The notes under the pieces are model-generated. The model was not told where the DNA came from. It did no database searches and saw only the letters and a list, made by a program, of their open reading frames with translations. From the NCBI GenBank assembly GCA_028023455.1, contig JAQFVV010000005.1, forward strand, positions 21,266,001 to 21,330,000: a stretch of DNA of 64,000 nucleotides, written 5' to 3'. Source of the DNA: Epiperipatus broadwayi. Taxonomy: Eukaryota > Animalia > Onychophora. The position numbers and the translations under genes are program-made. Numbering within the stretch: the stretch's first letter is position 1; each line of letters opens with the position of its first letter. Shown here piece after piece: positions 53,560 to 64,000 of this stretch.

Positions 53560-54950
53560 ACCAAGATATATGGTTTGTAGTATCCTGCTGATGCAGTCCT
53601 GAGAATTCTAATGTATTACAACCATTTCCACAACATAATCTTTGTCAACTCCATAGCCTTTATATCCAAATCCCCCTTATCTTTTCCCAAACCCAGCATA
53701 AAAACCAAGAAACTACTTTCTTTATAATTACTTTGTTCATATTTATTTTCCCCCAACTTTATTATTTGTACCCTTTCTGCTTTCAGACATTTGCATTCAA
53801 TTAACAGATGCCTAATATTTTCTATACCTTCCTTGCACAGCTTGCAGACTAAATCACCCATATTTCTCCATTTACATGTATATTCCCTTGTTGCTAAAGA
53901 TCCTGTTCAAGCCTTAAATAGTAAACTACTTTACTTGCTATCATCATAAATTAACTCAAACCTAATATTCTGTTTACTTCTATGTATATTTAAATTATTT
54001 TTACTTTCCATACTAGTTCTCCAACTCCCTATTGTTTATTAATGCATCCCTTTTCCTGCCACTATAACACTCAACAATTCCCCTAACACAATCATCTCAT
54101 CTTTTGTATAAGTATACTGACATAAGTTCTTTATCCAAATCTTCTGCATACTATATTACCTTTCTCATCCATCTTATTGCCCTCCATTTACTCATAACTC
54201 AATTAAGTACTGTTTTGGCTATTCTCTTATTATCCATAAACTGCAATCTACCGAACATTTTCATTTTGCTTTTTGTATCATATAAAAACTTGACCATCTC
54301 ATATCTCCTTGAATTGCTTCCTTTGCTGTCCACACATCTGCATCTAATGCATGTCTTCCTACTTCTCTTTGTACTTTTTTTAAGTAACCTAACACCCCTT
54401 TATTAAAATATAATGTAACTTACCATGTGTTAATCCTGCTACTGTTACTCCCATATAATTCTAGCTACATTTTATTTATTGATTTCTTTATCAATCCTTT
54501 TTTTTTCTTTGCTTCATTTATCAATTTTTTCTTCTATTCATCCAAGCAATTATTCTGATTACTTAAGATGATTCTCAAATAGTTATACCTATTCACCACA
54601 CTTAATTTTATATCCCACAATACAAATTATTTGTCTTTTCTTTTCCCATTATTAATCATCATTACTTTTGATTTTTCACTAAATTTAATCCCCATCTCTT
54701 TACCCACCCTTGCACATGTCTTCAGCATAACTTCCATATCTTCTCTTCTTTCTGTGCACAAGAAGACATCATTCGCAAATAAAAGACCTGATAGTGTATA
54801 TATTTCCTTGCCACCTATTAATGATATCTCTAGCCCTCTTCTTAGTATTTCTATTGCTCTCTTTATTTCTCTCAAGTACAACAAAAACAAAATAGGTGAC
54901 ATAGAGCATCCTTGCCTTAGTCCCACCCCATTTTTAACTTTACTCTATAT
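53560..54950 (-). mobile_element. decayed non-LTR retrotransposon (RT and C-terminal Cys/His motif)
   Basis: GLRQGCSMSPILFLLYL, GLLFANDV and CKLCKEGIENIRHLLIEC in broken frames. Confidence 0.85.
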
Positions 54951-56718
54951 TCCCTAATTTATGCATATAGTGCTGCTTATTGTGAAAAAGGCTACTTATA
55001 AAAAATATTTTATATTCATTATCTTATTCTATGCTTACAGTGTTATTCAATAGTGAAGCTTAGGTTGTCACAGTTTAATATATTTGTGTGTGTAATTATG
55101 ATTTTTAAAATGTTATATACCTTAAATGCTTATACTCAGTACTACTAATAAAATAAAATTCCATGTCTGTGCACATACATATGATAATCTATGTGTTTAA
55201 CATACTTTTTAATGATAAAAATGTTGAGTTAAAATAATTAGGCTGAAGGATAACTATGGAATATTTGCAAAGATCTACTCCATTAGAAATTTTTTGAGGA
55301 GGATATTCTAAAGAATGTTGTATTATCTCAAACCCCTGATAACATCATGTTCTGTATTAGAAAATTACAATTGCATGCCACTATGTTTTAGTAGAAATTG
55401 AGAAGGCATGACAATTTGATCTTCTATGCTAACAAAAGCACTTTATTACTGTTGCTGAATATTTGTGCATGTTTCACTTTAAATGCAAAATTATATGTGA
55501 ATTTCGGGAGGTTAGTGTGTGTATTAATTTTTGGTATATTCACTGTATCATATATATAATTTTATCATTGTTACAAATAGTGTTTTTCTTACATTTATTT
55601 ATTGCAAAATTTCATGTTATGTAAAAATCATTTTGATTAGAATTACATAAGTCTTTAAAGAGTGACTGATCCTTTTGTGTACTGTGATGGACAGAAATTC
55701 TCAGAATTTGTAATTCCAATCAAATAATAGTCATATTAATTCATAGAATTTCTAATGTGGTGTCCATGCTCTCATAAAATACTAAGCATGTGAAAAAAAT
55801 ATCCATTGTGACATCTTTCACTATACTTGCATTTTTCATGGTGAAGCTCTGATCATCAGTTGAGTTAGAGGTATGAACACTGAATTTCTCCATCTAATAC
55901 CATCATTACAAACTTGATATCAAAGCTTGAATATATTCACAATCAAATACACATATATGTGATATTAAAATTTTTACATTATCCTACAAAAAATATATAT
56001 GTGGTAATCAAGTTCTATGTTTGAGAAACAAATGTAACCAATCAAATTATTTCACAGTATTCAAAATGAGCTTCGTATCCCTATAAGCCATTAATTCCAG
56101 AAATAAGCAAAAATGTGTTTATTTTATGCATTGAATTACATTGGTTGGTCACATAGTTTCTCCAGAACTATATAATTATGTGTATGTATGTGCACGTGCA
56201 ATGAAGAGTCTCTGGATAAATAGCATTCTGTAGATTGAGTCAAAAATAGAACAAATCCATGTATTATTACAATATTAATATTTGTACACTTAGCTTGTCA
56301 ACAGTGGTAAAAACTCAGAATGAAATTAATATATCAACTAGATGAAATATGCATTTAATAATTATTAGATCACGAATCAACTATACAAGGATAGTGAGTT
56401 TTTATTTGATTATTAAAACAAGGTTATTAAAAGAAAAAATTCTCCATCTTTGTATAGTTGATTTCTTATCTAATAATTATTACATATCATATTTTATTTG
56501 GATGATATATTAATTTTATTCTGAATTTTTATTAATGTTGGAAAAAGTAAGCTTATAAACATCAAAAGCTTTAACAATATATGGATGTATTCTATTTTTT
56601 ACTTTTTTGTTCATCATGCAGAGATCTATTTATCCAAAACCTGAAGGAAAGTGTGTCTGTCACCTTAATTATATATATATATTAAGCTATACTAATCTCA
56701 TATATATATTAATTTCAG

Positions 56719-56906
56719 ATGATCATTATACCTTGGTTGAACCAGCATGTGGCGCCACTCTAGCAGTTATCTATAGCAATGTTTTACAAACCTTACACGT
56801 AGAGAAAAAAATTTCTCACTTGGATTCTGTTGTCCTGATTGTTTGTGGAGGCAATTTGGTATCATTAAAGGAAATAGAAATGTGGAAAGAACAATTTCAT
56901 ATATAG
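56719..56906 (+). CDS. SDS: L-serine/threonine dehydratase, last coding exon
   Basis: aatttcag|AT completes the G|AT codon from 5841. Reads DDHYTLVEPACGATLAVIYS...VVLIVCGGNLVSL..stop, with the SDS hallmark motifs LVEPACGA and VCGG. Confidence 0.93.
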
Positions 56907-57288
56907 ATATTGAACTGTTAAATATAATTCAAATTACATATATTAAAATAGTCATCTTTTTTGTATTATTTTTATCCTTTCTAAAAGAGTATTATATGCA
57001 AGATGTTCTAAGTTGATTAGTATAATGCTGCAGTGATGGATGGACTCAGGAGTTTAAGATCTATAAATTGTATTCAACACCACCATTAGAATTTCTTATG
57101 AACTTTTAAGCTATAAAGCTATGTAATTACTTATTTATATACAACTTACTATAAAGCATTTAGACAACTTTTCAGAAGTTAAATTAATATATTGTTTCTT
57201 ACATGTACACGTTCACACACCCATATATAACTGAAATGTTATCTGGATACATCTACATACAATTTATTGTACACACACACATATATAT

Positions 57289-57525
57289 AAATATTAAGCA
57301 ATTAAATCATCCCACATGATTAAGAAATCCAGCACTGCCCTCTGTGAACTAATATATAAATACATCAGAGTTCGTATTTCAAAATAGCCAGGTCGAAATG
57401 GTCAAAATGGTACCATTTTGACCTGGCTATTTTGAAATACGAACTCTGATGTATTTATATATTAGTTCACAGAGGGCAATACTGGATTTCTTAATCATGT
57501 GGGATGATTTAATTGCTTAATATTT
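57289..57525. repeat. ~237-bp near-perfect palindrome (MITE-like)
   Basis: Arms meet at GGTCAAAATGGTACCATTTTGACC, with a 9-bp extra copy on the left arm. No TSD seen. Confidence 0.88.
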
Positions 57526-57569
57526 GTATATTTATTTCAGTATAGCATTATGCACTGGGATTATTTTAT

Positions 57570-58340
57570 ATATATATACACCAAGCCTTAAGAAGTTAAA
57601 AGAAGAAACAACTATTAGAGTTTGTATTCCTTTTAAAAAGAAACTACAGACAATATAAAATGTATTTTAATACATTGCAATATAAAGACAGCATATACCA
57701 CTTACCAAAAAATTAATAGCATTCTATCCAAGTCTAAAGACTCAATAGAAGCCCATGGTATTTATGAAATTTTATATAGCACTTGTAAAGCTTCTTATAT
57801 AGGTATGAGCAATCACACACCAATGCTAGAAGAGATGAACCTATCATCAGCATTATCTCTCCATATTATAGATACAGGTCAAAGTATTGATTTTTCTAAC
57901 ATGAAAATACTATTCAGATATGATACTCTCCAACAATGGCAAATCAGAGAAGCTATTGAGACCTTTAAAAGGCCAGATTGTAGCAACAAATGTGGTGATA
58001 CGTAAAAATTACCTTTCATTTGGAAGAATTTTTAAAAACTCATTAATCTAAATAATTTCTTATATTTATTATTTTTATTTTCTATTAATAAAACATTCAT
58101 TATTGTTATATGTCAATGTTTACAACACCGCTATAATTATTTTCATAATATTTATTACCCAGTTGATGACCAGTGTTACCTGGATGAAATGTTGATATGT
58201 GTATATTTTTATACAATAAATTATAGATTGATACATCTGGATAACATTTTATTTACATCTGTAGCCCATAAAAATTTTCATTTTAATATATATATATATA
58301 TATTGTTAAAAGGAAGTTGCCTTGACAACAGTTTGAAATT
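57570..58340 (+). mobile_element. Penelope-like element 3' remnant (GIY-YIG endonuclease)
   Basis: From 57721: ILSKSKDSIEAHGIYEILYSTCKASYIGMS...SALSLHIIDTGQSIDFSNMKIL...IREAIE. A decayed hammerhead-like TTGATGACCAG..CTGGATGAAA lies downstream (~58165-58190). Confidence 0.8.
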
Positions 58341-58589
58341 GTTGATTGTTATTGATTTTGAAATTGTCTAAGTGTCGACTGGCTTTAATGATATATATAT
58401 ATATAAAGAGAGAGAATCACTCATAAATGAATATGTCTATTCCAAATCCAAGGGAAAAAAAGAGAGAAAATAATTGTTTTAGATACAAGTTGTACAATGA
58501 ACATACAAACAAATCTGAGAACCACAAATATGTCCACATATAGAGCATGCTGATGCATTTTTCTGTTTATTTCATATTATGTGGAACTG

Positions 58590-58900
58590 CTGTCCTTCAA
58601 TATCTTTGGCAGTAAACTTTTCTTTCTGAAATACTTCAATACCATGTCTAATTATAGATCTCTTTCTATTTCATGCCTCTTTCCAATGCAAACGATATTG
58701 CATTTCCTTAGAATTTCTTTGAGATAATCCTTGTATTGAAGAGAGGGTTTGCTTCTCCCACAAAAATCATGCCCAAGTTTACCATAAGCCATTCTTTTGG
58801 GAAGTCTTGCATTGTTAATTCATTTTACAGATTCAATCCAGTGAAGACGTGATTTTTACAATGGTGGATCTGTAGCACCACATCCAGCAAGATGAAAAAT
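58590..58900 (-). mobile_element. decayed RTE-like LINE C-terminal fragment
   Basis: RLPKRMAYGKL...LQYKDYLKEILRKCNI resembles 'RLPK..LYGEL...RYKD.LK..LK.C.I'. Confidence 0.6.
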
Positions 58901-59033
58901 ATATTGGTTGGTTTTATGATCTTGCCATTGTATTTTTAACATTTTTTGTAGCATCTTTAAAAACAAACTCATTTTAATGCCTTTATATTGCAATAATATA
59001 GTGTCCAAGTCTTACTTTCATATAATAAATTAA

Positions 59034-59765
59034 TATATAGGGTATATGGCGACTTTCACACAACCCACCACTCTCCACTCTATCTCATAACACTGATACA
59101 CTTGAACACATATATGTCGAAAAGATAAATAATCACCAATATAATATTTCATGCTAAAACAGCAATCATCAGATGGTCCAGATTATCATCTCTACACATA
59201 TATGCAATAAGTGCTCTGATATATATTAAGATAGCCAATCTTCATACTTTAATGGACAGGCTTCAATCTACTCCACACTCCAACTCTTCAAACGTCCATC
59301 CAATTAAAAATTCTGATGATGAAATGCTCAAAGGCCACCCTGATGCTGAGATTCTTGTCACACCCATGTTGACCTAAAGTCAATCTGACCCCTCATGTAC
59401 AGGACATAATCCATTTAATATATATACAAGGGATGGGAAGATGTCAATTGGATGGACGGTTGAAGAGTTGGAGTGTGGAATGGATTGAAGCTTGTGCATT
59501 AAAGTACGAAGATTGGCTATCTTAATATATATCTGAGCACTTATTGCATATATGTGTAGAGATGATAATCTGGACCAACTGATGATTTCTGGTTTAGCAT
59601 GAAATACGTATATTGGTGATTATTTATCTTTTCGACATATATGTGTTCGGGTGCATCAGTATTATGAGATAGAGTGGAGAGTGGTGGGTTGTGTGAAAGT
59701 CTGTGCTCATATACCCCATATATTACATATATTGATACAGGTATATAATAAGCCTGTATTTCAGT
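59034..59765. mobile_element. hairpin element, family C, with two hammerheads (59135-59177 -, 59574-59617 +)
   Basis: Diverged inverted arms; 13-bp TSD TATAATAAATTAA (59021-59033, 59766-59778). Confidence 0.88.
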
Positions 59766-60162
59766 TATAATAAATTAAGTAGAATAACGTATAATTAATT
59801 TAATTGTAGTAATTATTTTTTTATGAGGAAATATTCTTTATTTAATTTGTTAAAAACTACAGAGTCTAAATCCATTTTTCTACTTATAAAACTATCAAAG
59901 TATTTACTCTGGTTTACATTCTCATTGATAATCATTCGTTAAAAATTGCTGAGGATTTTTCTTCTCACTGACTAATAAAGAATTTGAGTTTTTCGAACAT
60001 TAAGTAATTAATAAACCAAAATATAAACATTAAGTATATTCTGTAAATTGTTTTTTGAAACGGCAAAAATATCTCAATTATCAACATAAAATCCAAAAAG
60101 ATGACGTTTTTGGTTTTAATCAATTCAAATTAAAAATTTTAACTTCAAGCCTGTATCTTATC

Positions 60163-60275
60163 TTTATTTTTCCATGTCATAGCATCGGCCGGAAGGCGAA
60201 CCCGCAATAACCGTCTGCACCTAACTGCTTGCTTGCAAGGCAGCTGTGCTGACCTCTCGTCTAACAATGCTTGAC
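60163..60275 (-). mobile_element. tRNA-Gly-derived SINE, long subfamily
   Basis: Reverse complement GTCAAGCATTGTTAGACGAGAGGTC...GGGTTCGCCTTCCGGCCGATGCTATGACATGG-A-rich tail. Confidence 0.87.
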
Positions 60276-61491
60276 TTCATTTTTGATCAATATTTGTCCA
60301 CATGAAATTATAACAATTTATTATGGAGATTTAAAATTTATTGCATATTCAACTATGATATGTTTATCCACACTTTTCCCCTAGACATAGCTTAATGATT
60401 GACTAATCATTTTAGGGAATCGGAGCAGATGGCTTTATTTCTCAGGAGTTCATTAGAAATACCAGAACCCAAATCGATTTGATTGAAAGCTTCACATTCC
60501 AGTGTCTGCCCCTTCACAACTGCACCAAACTATCATGATTTATTCATGTGACTAAAGTGTGACTAATAAAATAAAAGTTTATAAGTTCATTATTACACAT
60601 GGAAAAAAATAGATTGTAGTTCATATAATTATTTCATTTGGTTGTGTTCAATAAACTAATGACATAGACATGTTCAATTTAAGTTTAAAATGTATATCTG
60701 GGCTTGAAATAATATGGCATTTTGTAACATAAAAATTATTAATCATGAATCTGGAGGAGAGAGATGGTGGTGCCATAGTTGGGTGTGCAGTAAGTATGAC
60801 ACCTTCACAATAAATTGTAATAATTTGATATTGCTAAATAATGAGCAAGAATAAGGGAGATGTGTGAAATGTTATAATCTAGGCCAACTGATGAGTGGTT
60901 GTTCAATATGAAGTACCTTGGGGGTCATTTACTTTTTTCAGATGTCTTTATCCATATAAGTGGTGACATGGAATAAGTGGAATGGGGCTGAATTAATTAT
61001 TTAATGGGGTTGTGTTTAATAATAATAGCTATATTTTTAATTAAAATATTAAAAAGTGTAGAACTGGGCTAAATATGATCTGATAATTCTAATAAGAGAT
61101 TAATAATAGTCATTAAGATAATTTATCTGAGGGATGAGTTGTGTATCATAGTTGGGTGTGCATTAAATTTGGCATCTTCCCATAAATTGTAATAATGTCA
61201 ACTACTGTGCCTTAATGCAGCAGTGGACAAAATATTTATTTTAAAATCTGAATATTGCATTAAAGCCTGCATTATCAAAGTTCTGGGATCATGGGTGTAG
61301 ATTAAGAGGACCAACTTTTATCAGTAGCAGACCAACTCAAATTTATCTCCTGTGTAGATAATAGTGATAATTTTTAGGAGTTCAAAATAAGAGAACATAA
61401 AAATGTTATAAAATTATTTATTTTGATATTTATTATATTATTATTTATTAATCAGAGCAAGATAACTTTTATCATTGTTATACTATTTCTT

Positions 61492-61683
61492 GAGTAATAT
61501 TTACTAAGACTATAAACCTCAAGAGTGTGCATGTGAAAATGCAAAGGCAGGGACCTCTACAGGTCTTAACCATGAGCTTACGCTTTGGAAGAAAAGAGCA
61601 TAAGCTTGTGGTTAAGACCTGTAGAGGTCCCTACCTTCGCATTTTCATGACACACTCTTGAGATTTATAGCCTTAGTAAATAT
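61492..61683. mobile_element. hairpin element, family G
   Basis: Inverted arms; 11-bp flanking direct repeat TACTATTTCTT (61481-61491, 61684-61694). Confidence 0.8.
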
Positions 61684-64000
61684 TACTATTTCTTATTACA
61701 TGTATATATAATTATATAATTGTTAAATAAAAATTAAAAAATACAACGTTTAATGCATAGCAACTACATATGACTACTGTACAACTATACTAATCAATAC
61801 ATTATGAATCTCATTAAGGAAACATGATTATTTGGAGTTTGAACATTCTGGTGTAGAAGTCATAAGAAATATAAAATGGCTCTATTCTAACTATCTAAGC
61901 TTATTAATTAATCACCAAAAATGAATAAATCATAGAAACATGTTATCAAAAAACTGAGTGCAACATAATAATAATGATTTATCATTGTGAATAAAAATAT
62001 TATCCTTAGGAATTATAAGTGATATGTCTTTTTTTATGTCATGACATTTGTTTTAATAAAAATGAATAAACATATTTTATCTGAGACCATTTTACTATAC
62101 ACATTTTGAAAATGTACATGGCTGGATTACAGACTTTTTTTGAATTGGAATTGGCTCTCAGGTCAGAGCTGCCATCCCAAATATAGATCGTAATCTATTT
62201 TTGATAATAAAGCACTGGAAAATAAAAATGATGGTTTTACTGTATTGGCAATTCTCAAATTATATAATTGATAGATTCTATTTACTTAAGGCAAATTTAT
62301 TATTACTAACCATGGTGCAAAATTTGAAAATATTTGGAAACTAAAATAAGAATTATGATATTTGCAAAAAAAAAATATACAGCCCGAGACAATCAAGAAC
62401 TGAGGACTTTTCTATGTATGCAAGATATTGTTTTGGATTTTTTGCATATTATATATTATATGTTGGGTTTAAAATATTCAGGGAAAACTGCTTGTGTCTG
62501 GAAAACAACAGAAGGAATATAAATCTAAGGATTTTAAAGTGGATAAGCCTGAAAGAGTAAAAATTTGAATGAAATTTCCTATAACATCCAAAACAATATG
62601 TTACCAATCATTTTGAAGAAGCTCTTGAATTGTAGAATGAATAATCAAGAAAAAGAAACTGAACAATTGCTTTAAAAGTTTAAAAATTTGCAATAGGAAT
62701 GAAATCTTTTTTAAAAATCTCAGACAATGATTGAAAATAAGTACAGCATATAAGAAAAAACCTAAATATAAATTAGACCTTGAAAATACCCATTGCATTT
62801 TCAAATCTTCTCAAAACTGTAGCCTCAAACCCCTTCATCTAAAGTGAAGCATCCTTTGAAAATAGTTCTCAAAGAGATTATAGTTTTCAACTTTTCTATA
62901 TTTGGTTTGTGAATGAAACCCTTAGACATGCTTTACAACTGTGGTGAAGGTGAAGACTTAATAATTTAAGATCAGTTATTTTCATCTTATTTTAGAAGCA
63001 TCTACTGCAAATTTGAGTAATCATTGGACACCAGACAGTATAGTGCTATAAAACCCCATCTTTTGAAGTTTCTGGCTTTTACCTTCTTTATTGGATCCAA
63101 TACACTCATTCATCTAAAAAATCACCTTTGCACTATTCAAACAAATCTGATTTTTTTAAAAGAACCCAGGCTAAATGACTTGCATAATTATATAGATCTT
63201 ATACCAGGCCACTTTCTATATATTTTAGTGATCTCATTTCTATAACAAATGTATATCCCTGTTATTAAATATGTAACACTGAGAATATCTAATAGCAACC
63301 ATAAGAAAAATTTACAAGTCAGATTTTCTAATCATTTTAATAAACTTTCAAATAAAAAAACTGTGATTAGAAGCACTTTATTATGAAATAATGTTAAAAA
63401 TTGTTATAAACTCTAATTTACAATAATAATTATATACATAATAAGGATCAATGTATAATATCAAAGTTAATAAAAATAAAAGTATCTTAAAGAAAATAAT
63501 GAATATAAATACAATAGTAAAAGATATTCAAAATATAGTAAAAAATATAAATTTGGCTATTGCTACAAAATCCAAAATTAGTAGAGTTGCTTTATTGATA
63601 CAAAGAAATTATAAAAACAAAATGCATAAAGTAATAAAAAATAGCAAATATATAATGTTAAATAAAGATTCATCCAATTTAAAACAACTATAAAATTTCA
63701 ATTTCCAAATGAAAGATAGTTGTGTGATTATCAATACTATACAAAAAAAATTATCTTACTAAATGAAAACATACAATATATCAATTCGTCAATTGCTAAA
63801 ACGGCATTAATATAAATAAAATAACTATTTCCAAGTGCTTTCAACTCCTACGAGTCCTTATCAAGGCAGTAAGAAACTCCTATTTTCCTAAGCGATAAAT
63901 TCAACATTTCATTGCATTGGCCAGGAACAACTAATTGGAAAACTGGTTAATTTTGAATTAATAGCACAAGATGAATTTTGTATAAGATATGATTCTTTAA

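Noticed and set aside
56607-56718. N-terminal part of the 56607-56906 ORF
   Set aside because: Intronic sequence; SDS homology starts only at the acceptor at 56718/56719.

Overview
AT-rich, CpG-depleted animal genomic DNA (probably an invertebrate; taxon cannot be fixed from sequence). The only host gene I can support is an L-serine/threonine dehydratase (SDS/SDSL family) on the + strand. Its last two coding exons (5717-5841 and 56719-56906) join in frame across a 50,877-bp intron. The rest is a mobile-element landscape: a near full-length RTE LINE broken by a 191-bp internal duplication, a complete miniature LTR element (TRIM-like), five copies of a very short tRNA-Gly-derived SINE, and decayed L1/Tx1, RTE, other LINE, hAT and Penelope remnants. 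The most striking feature is a set of non-coding hairpin (inverted-arm) insertions, most bounded by 11-13 bp target-site duplications. Several carry minimal type I hammerhead ribozymes reading outward from the hairpin centre (Penelope pseudo-LTR / retrozyme-like). One 1.19-kb insertion holds four hammerheads and another has a U3-A8 core variant. A CpG-rich structured island at 19.3-19.5 kb is unexplained (candidate ncRNA or first exon of a nested antisense transcript). All alignments and folds were done by eye.
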